The notes under the pieces were generated by a model. It saw only the letters and a program-made list of their open reading frames with translations, searched no databases and had not been told where the DNA came from. Below, one piece after another: positions 49,144 to 59,150 of a stretch of DNA of 64,000 bases; positions within the stretch are counted from its first letter, which is position 1; every line of letters begins with the position of its first letter. Origin of the DNA: Planctomycetota bacterium (GTDB lineage: Bacteria; Planctomycetota; SZUA-567; H5-PLA8); assembly GCA_038227875.1 (NCBI GenBank), contig JBBRPR010000021.1, positions 32,001 through 96,000 on the forward strand. The letters run 5' to 3'. The translations under genes and the position numbers were made by a program.

Positions 49144-51003
49144 TTAGTTGTGCGTCATCGTCTCTTCCACGCGCACGGGGCGGTACATCGTATCCACCGG
49201 CGCGTAGCCGTCGGAGAGCACCGGCACGCCTTCGAGTTCCGTCGGCTTCAGGCCCGTGTACAGGCCGTGCTGGACGAAGTTGACGATGTTTGGAATCTTC
49301 ACGATGGGATTGCTGCCGGCGGTCAGCGACTTGATGTCGGCCAGCAGTCGGTCCGGATCCCGAGGCGTCTCTTCCTGCGTCGCGATGATCACGACGTTGC
49401 GGTATTCCTCCAGGCTCGCGCGCACCTTCTGGAAGACATAGAGCTGATCGGGGCGGAAGAGCTTCTGGCTCTGCTCGGGCGTCGGATTGGAAATGTCGTA
49501 CGCGTCGGCTTCGCTCGACGTCAGCGTCTTGAATTCCGCGTGGAAGAGCGCGGCCGGCTTGATCTTGTCCGGGTCTTCGCCGTTCTTCAGCGCGGAGATG
49601 ATGTTCGTCGCGATCACGCCGCGCTTGGTCAGCTTCTTCTTCACTTCGCGCATGAATTCGTACGTCATCAGATGGAACGGCACCTGCCCGCCGGAAGAGT
49701 ACGCGTCGAGCACGATCACGTCGTACTGATTGTCCGGCAGATTCTTGATCGTCTGGCGGCCGTCGCCGACGTGAAAGACGATGTCCTTGCTGTAGCGCAC
49801 CTGGTCGGGAAATTCGTCCTGGGTCACGTAGAAATACTGCTGCGACACTTCCTTCACCTTGCCGTCGATCTCGGCGATGTCGACCTTCGTGTTGTAAAAT
49901 TTGTTGTACTGCGTCGGAATGAGCCCGCCGCCGCCGCCCACGACTAGCATGCGCGCCGGCAGGGGCTCATTGACGAAAATCAGCGGCAGGTGGAGCAGAT
50001 CGGTGTACTGCACCGCGTTCGTGTATTCGCCGCGATACGGGTAGATACCGCTTTCGATATTCTCGTTGAACTTCAGCCAGCGCGGCACGTCGCTCAGCCA
50101 ATCGGGAAGATTGTCGGTCTTCGTCTTCCACATCTTCACCGGCCACATGTAGTGCTCGCTATCGCTGTCGAAAAACACCGACTCCGTCACCAGGATTTCG
50201 TGGTACGCGGAATCTTCGTAGCGCAGCAGCCGGTCGGTGGTCGGCACGTGTGGCTGGGCGGGAAACACCAGGCCGCCTTCGATCACCAGCACCGCCATGA
50301 TCGCCATCACCGCCATGCCACGACGGTCGTCGGCGCGGATGCCACCCATCGCCGAGCGGAACAGGACGTAGCTGACCAGCGCCACGACGATCAGCGCGGA
50401 GCCCAGGCAGAACATCAGTTTGCTGATGAATAGCACGGGGATCAACACGAACGTGGTGAGCATCGTGCCGACAATCGAACCAAACGTGGAGAGCGCGTAA
50501 AGATTGCCCGCGATGCTGCCCAGTCCGGCCAGGGACGTCGCGCGCAATTTCACGGCGAACGGCGAGACCATGGCCATCAGGAAGCTCGGCACGAAAAAGA
50601 TCGCCGTGGCCGCGCCCAGCGGGCCGGCGATCGTGCCCCAGCCCGAGCGCGCGATGTAGTCGGAGACCAGCGGCCCGACGCGCGGAATCAGTGCGACCCA
50701 GACGCCGGCGAGGCTCAGCAGCATCGCCAGCAGCCCAAAGCTCGGATTGCGGTCGGAGATTTTTCCGCCGACAAAGTACCCGGCGGCGAGTGCGCCCATG
50801 AACAGGCCGATGATGCTGCCCCAGACGAACGTCGAGGTGCCGAACCCCGGCGCCAGAATTTTCGCGCCGGCGATTTCAATGCCCATCAACACCGCGCCGG
50901 AGACGACGACGATCAGGTACAACGCCCACGCGGCGAGCTTGGCGGATCCCGGCGAAAGCACCGGCTGTGGCGAATTTGGATTGTTAGGTGTGCCAGTAGA
51001 CAT
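49144..51003 (-). CDS. Fused membrane domain / spermidine-synthase-like SAM-fold protein
   Basis: TM domain 'EIAGAKILAPGFG', 'LYALSTFGSIVG'; 'LVVGGGGG', 'EID', 'GDGR', 'VLDAY', 'PFHL', 'DGYAPVD'. Confidence 0.85.
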   Translation of the reverse strand: MSTGTPNNPNSPQPVLSPGSAKLAAWALYLIVVVSGAVLMGIEIAGAKILAPGFGTSTFVWGSIIGLFMGALAAGYFVGGKISDRNPSFGLLAMLLSLAGVWVALIPRVGPLVSDYIARSGWGTIAGPLGAATAIFFVPSFLMAMVSPFAVKLRATSLAGLGSIAGNLYALSTFGSIVGTMLTTFVLIPVLFISKLMFCLGSALIVVALVSYVLFRSAMGGIRADDRRGMAVMAIMAVLVIEGGLVFPAQPHVPTTDRLLRYEDSAYHEILVTESVFFDSDSEHYMWPVKMWKTKTDNLPDWLSDVPRWLKFNENIESGIYPYRGEYTNAVQYTDLLHLPLIFVNEPLPARMLVVGGGGGLIPTQYNKFYNTKVDIAEIDGKVKEVSQQYFYVTQDEFPDQVRYSKDIVFHVGDGRQTIKNLPDNQYDVIVLDAYSSGGQVPFHLMTYEFMREVKKKLTKRGVIATNIISALKNGEDPDKIKPAALFHAEFKTLTSSEADAYDISNPTPEQSQKLFRPDQLYVFQKVRASLEEYRNVVIIATQEETPRDPDRLLADIKSLTAGSNPIVKIPNIVNFVQHGLYTGLKPTELEGVPVLSDGYAPVDTMYRPVRVEETMTHN

Positions 51004-51029
51004 GGACGTCAACGCTCTCCATTCCAAAA

Positions 51030-51051
51030 CTCAACTGCTCAACTCTCAACT
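51030..51051 (-). repeat. Three AGTTGAG heptamers starting at the maf stop codon
   Basis: Plus strand CTCAACT-G-CTCAACT-CTCAACT. Confidence 0.55.
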
Positions 51052-51665
51052 TACTCCAGTTCCCATTCCTTCAACAAACGCGGCAGTGTTTCCCGGAATA
51101 ATTCGATCGGAAAACCGACCACGTTTGCAAAGCTGCCGTCGATTTTCTCAACGAAGCGGTCGCCTCTTTCCTGAATCGCGTACGCGCCGGCTTTGCCATC
51201 CGACTCGCCCGACGCGACGTACGCATCGATCTCCGCCTCGTCCACCTTCCGCATCGTCACCCACGTCGAAACTTCCGCCGTCCATGGGGCCAGTTGGCGC
51301 ACGGAATTGGCCATCACCGGCCAGACGCAGACGCCGGAGATGACCTGATGCCGCGTGCCGGAAAGACGGGTCAGGATACTCTTTGCGTCGGTGCGGTCCA
51401 CTGGCTTTCCAAGCACCTCGTGGCCGGCGGCCACCAGCGTGTCGGCGCCGACGATCAACGCCGGCCGCGGACCGCTGAGCGAGAGTGCGACAGCCCGCGC
51501 TTTCAAGCGCGCCTTCTCCACGGCCAGCGCCTCGGGCGAGACGGCCCGATGTACCGCGTCTTCTGCATCGCCAGGGTCTTTGGCTTCAAACACAAACCCG
51601 GCATCGGCGAGGAGCTGGCGGCGGCGCGGTGAAGTGGAAGCGAGAATCAAACGGTACGACGGCAT
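51051..51665 (-). CDS. maf: Maf-family nucleoside-triphosphate pyrophosphatase
   Basis: 'ILASTSPRRRQLL', 'GADT', 'GKP', 'GKAGAYAIQ', 'NVVGFP'. Confidence 0.93.
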   Translation of the reverse strand: MPSYRLILASTSPRRRQLLADAGFVFEAKDPGDAEDAVHRAVSPEALAVEKARLKARAVALSLSGPRPALIVGADTLVAAGHEVLGKPVDRTDAKSILTRLSGTRHQVISGVCVWPVMANSVRQLAPWTAEVSTWVTMRKVDEAEIDAYVASGESDGKAGAYAIQERGDRFVEKIDGSFANVVGFPIELFRETLPRLLKEWELE

Positions 51666-51730
51666 GAGTCGGGTTCTTAATCCTGAAAGAATAGAGAAAA
51701 TGTAAACGACAATAGGCCCGCGTCTAAACA

Positions 51731-51766
51731 GCGCAGCTCCTCAAGGGTTGCGTTGAGGAGCTGCGC
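51731..51766 (-). terminator. Stem-loop after the acidic protein gene
   Basis: GCGCAGCTCCTCAA...TTGAGGAGCTGCGC, 14-bp stem; weak U-tract (TGTTT) on the minus strand. Confidence 0.6.
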
Positions 51767-51787
51767 GTTACGTCCAGTAACCGGTGC

Positions 51788-53575
51788 TTATTCCTTGGGC
51801 GCGTCCGGCGCCTTGTCCGGCAGCGCTCCCGGGTCCGGCTTCTTCTCTTCGGCCTTGGGCGGATCGGCCTTCTTCTCGTCCGGAGCTGGTGCAGGCGCTG
51901 GATCGGCCGGCTTGGCGTCAGCGGGCTTCGCATCCGCGGGCTTGGCATCAGCCGGAACCGGCGGCGGCGTGTTCGTAGCGTCGGCCGGCGCTTTCGCATC
52001 GGCAGGAGCCTTGCCATCCGCGGGCGCGGCGCCATCGGCAGGCTTCGTGCCATCCGGAGTCGACGGCGTGACGGGCGGCGTCGTATCCTTTTTCTTGAAT
52101 ACGCCCATCTTAAAGGCCACACCGGCGCCAGCAGCCAACAGCACCAACACCACGGCGGCGATGATCGGCCCCTTGCCCTTCTTCGGAGCTTCGTCGCCGG
52201 CGGCTTCGGACGTCCGCGCGCCACGCTTGGTGGCTGCCGAAGTTCCGCTCTTCATGCCGCCCTTCACACCCTTCAGGTTGGAATTGCTGCGCATGCCTTT
52301 GACGCCTTTGCGCATGCCCGACGTCTTCGGCTTCTCTTCTTCGGCTTCCGCATCGGCGCCCACGGCGGCGGCGATCGCTTCGGCCTCCTCGGCAGGCGCG
52401 GCTTCGGCGATCGGCTCTTCGACTTCTGCCACTTCCGCGGCCTGTGCTTCCGCCGGTTCTTCCTCGACGGCTTCGGCTTCCGCCGGCGCTTCTTCGACCG
52501 CTTCGGCCGGGGCGGCTTCTTCCACCGACTCGACTGCTGCGACTTCGCCCGATTCTTCGGCGACCGCTTCTTCTTCGGCACCGGACGCAGCGGCATCCGC
52601 GGCGCGTTGCGCGCGGAGCTTCTTCTTTTTCTTCAACTTCATGCGCAGGCGTTCCTTCTTGGAAAGCTTCTTGCCTTCGCCTTCTTCCGCTTCCACGCCC
52701 GCGGCTTCTTCAACCGCCAGCGCAGCTTCGGACGATTCAGCGGCCGCAATCGCTTCTTCGCTCGGCGCTTCCTCGGACTCGGCGACTTCGGCTTTTGGCT
52801 CTTCGGCGAGTTCTTCTTCGGCTTCGGCCGGCGCTTCGACCTGAACGGGCTCGGCTTCCGCTTCCGCCTCGGCTTCGGCAGGCAGCGCTTCGGCTTCGGC
52901 TTCTTCTGCGATGGGTTCGGCAGGCTGAGCTTCGGCTTCTTCTTCCGCAGCCTCTTCTTCGATAGGCAGCGGCACCACGGCTTCCTCTTCCACCGCTTCT
53001 TCCGCGACTTCAGCTTCAGGCGCTTCCGCTACTTCTTCAGCGGGCACAGCGGCCGGCTGTTCCAATTCGAGTTCTTCTTCTTCTTCCGGTTCTGGTTCCG
53101 GCGCGGGTGGAGGTAGCGGCGGCGCAGCCTTCTTGGCTTCCGGCATCGGCGCGTCTTCAAACTTGATCGCCGCAGCGCGGTTGGCCGAGCGCGACGCTTT
53201 TACTGGCGCGGGAGGTGGCGGCGGCGGCGCAGGTTCTTCGATCAACGGTTCAGCGGCCACCGATTCTTCGATCGGTTCCAGATCGGGCTCGGGTTCCGGA
53301 ATCGGAACCGGCGGCGGAACGGGCGCGCGCGGAGGCGCAACCGGAGGTGCAGCCTTGGCCGCGACGACGCGCGGCGGTTCGGCGACGGCGGTCGCAGTCG
53401 CGCCGGAGGATCCCGCTTTTCCGTTCAAGGCCAGACCCGTGCGAATCTTGCGCGATTGAGCGGTGCTGTGCGGAATGCGCATGATGCGCCCACACGACGG
53501 ACATTCGCCCAACTTATCCGCAAACTGTGGAATGATGCTTAAGACCTGCTCACACTCGCACCGAAAAACCAACAT
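51788..53575 (-). CDS. Bitopic low-complexity protein: N-terminal Zn-finger, Glu/Ala/Pro-rich region, TM, PAD(A/G)K repeats
   Basis: 'CEC...CPSC'; long EA-rich tract; TM 'IIAAVVLVLLAAGAGVAF'; 'PADAKPADAKPADAKPAD'; TTG start with GGAGG RBS. Confidence 0.75.
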   Translation of the reverse strand: MLVFRCECEQVLSIIPQFADKLGECPSCGRIMRIPHSTAQSRKIRTGLALNGKAGSSGATATAVAEPPRVVAAKAAPPVAPPRAPVPPPVPIPEPEPDLEPIEESVAAEPLIEEPAPPPPPPAPVKASRSANRAAAIKFEDAPMPEAKKAAPPLPPPAPEPEPEEEEELELEQPAAVPAEEVAEAPEAEVAEEAVEEEAVVPLPIEEEAAEEEAEAQPAEPIAEEAEAEALPAEAEAEAEAEPVQVEAPAEAEEELAEEPKAEVAESEEAPSEEAIAAAESSEAALAVEEAAGVEAEEGEGKKLSKKERLRMKLKKKKKLRAQRAADAAASGAEEEAVAEESGEVAAVESVEEAAPAEAVEEAPAEAEAVEEEPAEAQAAEVAEVEEPIAEAAPAEEAEAIAAAVGADAEAEEEKPKTSGMRKGVKGMRSNSNLKGVKGGMKSGTSAATKRGARTSEAAGDEAPKKGKGPIIAAVVLVLLAAGAGVAFKMGVFKKKDTTPPVTPSTPDGTKPADGAAPADGKAPADAKAPADATNTPPPVPADAKPADAKPADAKPADPAPAPAPDEKKADPPKAEEKKPDPGALPDKAPDAPKE

Positions 53576-53790
53576 TGTGTGCCTCCGGAGGTAAGGCGGG
53601 GCATTATAGGAGAAAGTCGCTCAGGCGGAAACGGCAAAAATCTTTCCTCTATATATGTGGGCGCAGGAGAGCCACACACCGTGCAAGATTTCACTATTTT
53701 TCCCGGATTTCCTGCCACACACATCGGTACTGTTCCGTCTAATCGCAGTCTTTGAGTGACAGACGCACAAAATCCAGGAAAATAAGAACG

Positions 53791-56280
53791 ATGAGCGATC
53801 CGGCGTCCACCCCCCAACCGTCCGCCACTCCAGTGCCAGCGGCTGCAACTCCCGCTGCACCGAAGCCGGAAATTTCCGCCGCTCCGCCGACTCAGGCTGC
53901 ACCTGCTCCAACTACTGTCACGGTGGCCACCGCGACCACGATTGCCAAAGACCACCCCGAACTCAACGGCTACAAGCTGATTCAAGAATTGGGCAAAAGT
54001 CCGCGCGGCACTGTCTATAAGGCACGCCGCCAAACCGAACAGGATATCGTGGCGGTCAAAATCATCCGCGCATCGACCTGCGACAAAACGTTTCTCGAAA
54101 AACTGCCCCAGCGCGCCGAAGCGACGTTCATGCTCGAGCACGATAATCTGGTGAAGTGCCTGGGCTGCAACAATGTCAGCGGGCGCACCGTGCTGGTGAT
54201 GGGTTTCGCGCCGGGACAGCCCGTCTCGCGAACGTTGAAAAAGAACGGACGCTTCCAGCCCTCTCAGGCGTTGATCGTCGCGTTACAGTGCGTAACCGCG
54301 TTGCGCCACGCGGCGCAGCATAATTGTCATCACGGCCGGCTCCACCCCGCCGACATTATTCTGGGCGAAGATCACGCGCGCATCACCGGCGTGGGCTTGG
54401 GCGAACGCGCGGAACATCCGCCGTGGGACGAAGGCCGCGCGCCGCATCTTTTCGAACCGCTGATTTATACCGCGCCGGAAGCGATGCCCTCCAAGCCGCC
54501 GCTGGAAAAATCGGAAGCGAAGTGCGCCGCGGACATTTATTCGCTCGGTGCGATTCTCTTTCACATGCTCACCGGCATGCCGCCTTTTCACAGTTCCGAC
54601 GAAACCGGCCTCAACGCCGAGCGCGAACGGCTGAACATGTCCGTTGCGTGGCCGCGCCAGATGGCCGTGCAGTTGCCCAGCGAAGTGATCAACCTGACCG
54701 AAAAAATGCTTTCGTTCAATCCCGCCAATCGCCCCGCGTACGAGCAGCTGGTTCCGGCGCTGACGGTTTCGATTCCGATTGCCGAACAGATCGAAGAACC
54801 CAAACGAAAAGCGTCGGCGCTTCCCGCCAATCTCGGAGCCGCAGCCGTGGCCGCGCGCGCTCCGTCGGTGGGCGGCAGCGGCACGCCGCACAAAGTTGTC
54901 GTGATTCCTGCCTCCGATCCGCAGGCGCAGGCAGCCGCGCGGCCCGGCACGGCGGTTTCGGTGCTCGACTTTCCGACCGCGCGCGGCGGTGCCACATCCG
55001 AGCGTCAGACACTAAAAGGGGCGAAAGCCGAACGCTTTTTCACGACCGTGCTCGTCGGCGTCACCGTGATTGTCTTCCTGTTCGCGGCCAGTCTCGCCGT
55101 CGAACGCTTCATCTACGAGCCCAGCCGTGCGCAGACCGTCGCGCAGTTGAATCCCGCTCCGACTCCAGTGGCGCCCGTCGCACCGGTGGCGAATCCCATG
55201 CCCCCTGCGCTACCCACTCCCGCGCCAACGCCGCCTGCGGCAACAGTAACCGAACCAAAGACGGCCCACGGTCCGACGACGGACGAAACCTCGCATACCC
55301 AGGCGAGTGCGAATGCCAATGTCAACGCCAACGCCACGGGCACGGATGATTACGCCGCCGCCACGCGCCAGGTCGATCTGATCCGCGAGATGATGAAGTC
55401 CGGCCAGGTCGCTCCGTCGGCCGCATTGCTGCGCCTCGTCCGCGGTCTGGTGAATAAGGCCGGGCACGATACGCCGGCGGGAATCAACGCGCTGGTCCTC
55501 GCGACGGAAATTGAAGACGCGATGGTTCACAAGTATTACGCGCAGAATCAGAATACGAATCTGCCGCTGACCAATCCCGGCGCCGCTCCGCAGCCGAACG
55601 TGCCGCCTGCTGGTCCCGAAAAACCGCAGACCGTTGCGGAGAAAACTACGCCGCAGGAAAAGCCCTCCGCCCCCGCGACGGCCGCCCCGGCAGCAGAAAA
55701 GCACACGCACGATTACGACGCCGGCATCCAGGCCGCGTTTGGAAAGGTGCGCAAGTATCAGTACACGCAGGCCAAGCAGGACCTGGAAGACCTCGCCGCC
55801 AAAGCCGATGGCGACGGCAAGAAGGTCGTGCAGGCGGCTCAGGAACTGGTCAAACTGGAAGCGGATCTCTTCGAAAAGTGCCGCGGCCATCTCAAGACGT
55901 ACATCGATAAGGATCCGCAGCACGCCTCGATGCTCCAGGTTTTCCCACGCAAGAACGATCCGAAGGGCGACGACATTGTCGACATCGACGACAAGGGGTT
56001 AAAGATCGTCTCCAAGCGCGGCGGCAGCGAAACTTCGCGCGTCCGCGAATGGGAAAAAGTCTCGTCGACCAACGGCTTCAAGATGTTCCAGCTGCTCAGC
56101 GACAAAAAGTCGGCCGACGAGCAAGTCGGCCTCGCCACCTTCGCCGCCTTCCGCGGCATGAAAGACGAATTCACGTCGACGCTCGACGGTGTGCGCGGAT
56201 TGGCGAACGGCAAGGACAAAGTCGATTCGCTCAATCAGGATCTGGAACTGCTCGGGAAGCTAGTCGAACCGGGCAACTGA
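53791..56280 (+). CDS. Membrane-spanning Ser/Thr pseudokinase
   Basis: Kinase fold retained ('VAVK', 'YTAPE', 'DIYSLG..LFHMLTG.PPF') but catalytic loop 'HGRLHPAD' and 'GVG' in place of DFG; one TM; helical extracytoplasmic domain. Confidence 0.8.
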   Translation: MSDPASTPQPSATPVPAAATPAAPKPEISAAPPTQAAPAPTTVTVATATTIAKDHPELNGYKLIQELGKSPRGTVYKARRQTEQDIVAVKIIRASTCDKTFLEKLPQRAEATFMLEHDNLVKCLGCNNVSGRTVLVMGFAPGQPVSRTLKKNGRFQPSQALIVALQCVTALRHAAQHNCHHGRLHPADIILGEDHARITGVGLGERAEHPPWDEGRAPHLFEPLIYTAPEAMPSKPPLEKSEAKCAADIYSLGAILFHMLTGMPPFHSSDETGLNAERERLNMSVAWPRQMAVQLPSEVINLTEKMLSFNPANRPAYEQLVPALTVSIPIAEQIEEPKRKASALPANLGAAAVAARAPSVGGSGTPHKVVVIPASDPQAQAAARPGTAVSVLDFPTARGGATSERQTLKGAKAERFFTTVLVGVTVIVFLFAASLAVERFIYEPSRAQTVAQLNPAPTPVAPVAPVANPMPPALPTPAPTPPAATVTEPKTAHGPTTDETSHTQASANANVNANATGTDDYAAATRQVDLIREMMKSGQVAPSAALLRLVRGLVNKAGHDTPAGINALVLATEIEDAMVHKYYAQNQNTNLPLTNPGAAPQPNVPPAGPEKPQTVAEKTTPQEKPSAPATAAPAAEKHTHDYDAGIQAAFGKVRKYQYTQAKQDLEDLAAKADGDGKKVVQAAQELVKLEADLFEKCRGHLKTYIDKDPQHASMLQVFPRKNDPKGDDIVDIDDKGLKIVSKRGGSETSRVREWEKVSSTNGFKMFQLLSDKKSADEQVGLATFAAFRGMKDEFTSTLDGVRGLANGKDKVDSLNQDLELLGKLVEPGN

Positions 56281-56316
56281 GTTAGCATATGGGCAACTGT
56301 CCATATGCTGACTTTT
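56281..56316 (+). terminator. Intrinsic terminator
   Basis: GTTAGCATATGGGC-AACT-GTCCATATGCTGAC-TTTT directly after the stop. Confidence 0.75.
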
Positions 56317-56499
56317 GACCAGTGAATGAATTCGTTCCAAGGTAAGGTCTATAGACTTGGTCGTCTATACGTGGTGAACCTCCGCAAAATTTCGAAGTTC
56401 AATCGCCCCGTTTTTCAAAAATCACGCAATCAAAACAGACCGATTCCGCTCATCATCGTGTAAGCTCCGTCGTTTGCGGTCGGCCCGGGATGATGCCTG

Positions 56500-57033
56500 A
56501 TGGACAATCTCGATTCACTGTTCCAAGACTCGCTGAAAAGCGACATCGATCTGGATGCAGTACTGCGCATCCTCGGTCAGGAGTTGCACCATTACGCGCG
56601 CGTGCTGGCCGGTTCGCGCGAGGCCGGTGAGGACGCGCTGCAGGACACGCTCGTCGCGCTGCTTCAGGAAGGTCCGAAGGCGGCGAAAATCCGCGCGCCG
56701 CGCGCGTGGCTTTTCACGGTGCTCCGGCGCAAGGCGCTGGCGTACCGCAAGACCGAACCGACATCACTCGCCAGGGAATTTTCCGCTTCCGTCAATGCCG
56801 ATCAGAGCGCCCGCTTGATGCTCGAAGAAGCACTGCGGCGGCTCACCGCGCTCGATCAGGAAATCATTCTACTGCATCTGTGGGAAGGGCTGACGTTCGA
56901 GGCCATCGCCGACATCCTGGTGATGCCGCGCAACACCGTGCTCAGCCGCTACGCCCGCGCGATCCAGCAACTCCGGGTCTTCTTCGACGTCCCGGAACAG
57001 ATCAAGAAGCGGCAGGAGGTCCGCTGCTCATGA
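56500..57033 (+). CDS. ECF sigma-70 factor
   Basis: 'EDALQD', 'WLFTVLRR', 'EGLTFEAIA...NTVLSRYARA'. Confidence 0.88.
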   Translation: MDNLDSLFQDSLKSDIDLDAVLRILGQELHHYARVLAGSREAGEDALQDTLVALLQEGPKAAKIRAPRAWLFTVLRRKALAYRKTEPTSLAREFSASVNADQSARLMLEEALRRLTALDQEIILLHLWEGLTFEAIADILVMPRNTVLSRYARAIQQLRVFFDVPEQIKKRQEVRCS

Positions 57034-59087
57034 ACGACTTGCCAAAACAATTTCCACCGAAAGAAGTCTCCAACGACACGCTCGATGCCATCGCCACGCG
57101 CGCGCGCAGAAAATTCGCCGCAAATCCAAACGCGTCGGCCGGCCCCGAACCCACCGCACAGCGTGTTTCGCCGTTCGTCGCCGCCGCGCAGCAGTGGATG
57201 CGCGGGGCAGGTCTCGGCGTGCTCGATCTGGCGGCCATCGCGGCGCTGCTGTTCATCTCACTCTCCGCGGCGTGGATGTACCTGATCGCGCCCAGTTCGA
57301 AAACAAAGGGGGCGGAAGGAGCGCCAAAAATCGCCCACGCCGACGAGAAAGGCCCGGTTGAAAAAGTCACGCCCCCTGCGCCTCCGAAAGAAACGCAGTC
57401 ACTGCATACCGTGGCCGGCGACGGACCCGACACGCCGAAAGCTCCGGACCCGGAGCCCGCTCCGCCCCAGCCCAAACCCGTCGTACTGCCGAAGCCTGAA
57501 ACCAACTCCAACGCGCTCCAGCCGCTTCCGCCGGAAGATGAAATCATCGCGCCAGCGCACGAGATCGTGCCCGATGAAGCCAAGAACCTGCTGTTGCCAA
57601 ACGAAATGACTGCCATGACTGGAGACCGAAATGACGTGGTAGCGGACTTGCCGCTAGCAGGAAGCGGCGCGTTCGGCAATCGCAACGGCGGCGGTCGCAG
57701 ATTGATGGCCAAGCGTTTCGGTGGCTCCAAAGCCACGGAAGACTCCGTCGACCTTGCGTTGCGCTGGCTGGCGTACCATCAGGAAGCCGACGGCCATTTC
57801 GACGCGATGAAGTACGGCGCGGCCAACAAAACGGACACGGCCGTAACCGCACTGGCGCTGCTCGCCTTTCTGGGGTCGGGACACACGGAAAAAGTCGGCG
57901 CGTACAAAGAGAACGTCAAACGCGCCGTGGCGTGGCTCAAGTCCAAGCAACAGGCCAACGGTCTCGTCTACGACCAAACAGATGCCGGCGCACATCGAGG
58001 AATTGGCTATCCGCACGGCATCGCCTCCCTGGCGCTGTGCGAGGCGGCCGGCATGGGCCGCGTTCCAGATACCGTCGCAGCCGCGCAGGCTTCGATCGAT
58101 TACGCCGTCAACATACAGCAGAATTCTGGAGGTGGCACGAGACTTGGTTGGCGCTATGCAGCCAATACCCCAGGCGATATCTGCGTTTCCACATGGTACA
58201 TCGGCGCGCTCAAGTCCGCGAAAGTAGCGGGACTGAAAGTCGATCACCGCGCATTTGACGGCGCCATCCAGTTTCTGGATTCCGTCGCGATAATGAAGGG
58301 CGGCAACGTTCACTACGCCTATCAACCCGGTGGAGACAACAACATGCGCCGCGACGCGATGGGGAATTTCTGCAGACAATTCCTGGGCTGGCGCGCCGCC
58401 GACCTGAAAACCAGCGTCGAAGCCTTCGTGAATGAAGGCGGCGCACCGTCGTGGGGCGCCAATGGTGCGACCGTCGATATGTACTACTGGTACTATGGGA
58501 CGCTCTGCACGTTTCAACAGGGTGGAGACATCTGGCAGCGCTGGAACGAAGGACTGAAGAAAGCGCTCATCGAGAACCAATGCAAGCAGGGCGATGACGC
58601 CGGAAGCTGGCCGGTCGTCGGTGACTTCTCTGGCGAATGGGGCCGCGTGGGACAGACGGCTTTCGGTGCGCTCTGCTGTGAAGTCTACTACCGCTACGCT
58701 ATGTTAAACGCTCCTCCTGCCGGCGGTCCGATGATGGCCGCGGCACCTCCCGCCGATCCGTTCAAGGCAGACGCCAACGTCGCTCAGCCTCAACCGCTCG
58801 GCGCGAAGTTGAAGACAAAAGTCAGTTTCAACCTCATCGACAAGAGCCTGCCAGACACGGTTGCTTTCCTGAATCAGCTCACCGAGGTGAAGATCAAGCT
58901 CGACCCCAAGGTGGCCGGTCAAGGCGCCATCAGTCTGCGGGTGAGCGAAATGGAGCTGGATCTCGCACTGGATTGGGTGACGAAACTCGGCGCACTTGCC
59001 TGGCATGAAGAAAACGGAGTCGTCGTGATCAGCACGCCGCAGAAGCTCGAAGAAAAGAAAAAGCCCGCCGGCAAAGACGAGTTCTAA
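57030..59087 (+). CDS. Putative anti-sigma factor with prenyltransferase/terpene-cyclase-like alpha/alpha barrel and C-terminal STN-like domain
   Basis: ATGA overlap with the sigma gene; TM; QW-like repeats 'ALRWLAYHQEADG', 'AVAWLKSKQQANG', 'GWRY', 'YYWYY', 'AGSW'; STN-like 'KVSFNLIDKSL...ISLRVSEMELDLALDW'. Confidence 0.75.
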   Translation: MNDLPKQFPPKEVSNDTLDAIATRARRKFAANPNASAGPEPTAQRVSPFVAAAQQWMRGAGLGVLDLAAIAALLFISLSAAWMYLIAPSSKTKGAEGAPKIAHADEKGPVEKVTPPAPPKETQSLHTVAGDGPDTPKAPDPEPAPPQPKPVVLPKPETNSNALQPLPPEDEIIAPAHEIVPDEAKNLLLPNEMTAMTGDRNDVVADLPLAGSGAFGNRNGGGRRLMAKRFGGSKATEDSVDLALRWLAYHQEADGHFDAMKYGAANKTDTAVTALALLAFLGSGHTEKVGAYKENVKRAVAWLKSKQQANGLVYDQTDAGAHRGIGYPHGIASLALCEAAGMGRVPDTVAAAQASIDYAVNIQQNSGGGTRLGWRYAANTPGDICVSTWYIGALKSAKVAGLKVDHRAFDGAIQFLDSVAIMKGGNVHYAYQPGGDNNMRRDAMGNFCRQFLGWRAADLKTSVEAFVNEGGAPSWGANGATVDMYYWYYGTLCTFQQGGDIWQRWNEGLKKALIENQCKQGDDAGSWPVVGDFSGEWGRVGQTAFGALCCEVYYRYAMLNAPPAGGPMMAAAPPADPFKADANVAQPQPLGAKLKTKVSFNLIDKSLPDTVAFLNQLTEVKIKLDPKVAGQGAISLRVSEMELDLALDWVTKLGALAWHEENGVVVISTPQKLEEKKKPAGKDEF

Positions 59088-59092
59088 AAAGC

Positions 59093-59122
59093 AGACCCCC
59101 AGGCCAGCTGGCCTGGGGGTCT
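59093..59122. terminator. Perfect 30-bp palindrome, terminator between convergent genes
   Basis: AGACCCCCAGGCCAGCTGGCCTGGGGGTCT; U-tract on the minus (argH) strand. Confidence 0.8.
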
Positions 59123-59150
59123 AAATTACTTCCTATCCCATCGCGCTTTA

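Noticed and set aside
57030..59087. True squalene-hopene cyclase
   Set aside because: Single barrel, no DxDD motif, membrane-anchored with stalk; only the repeat fold is shared.
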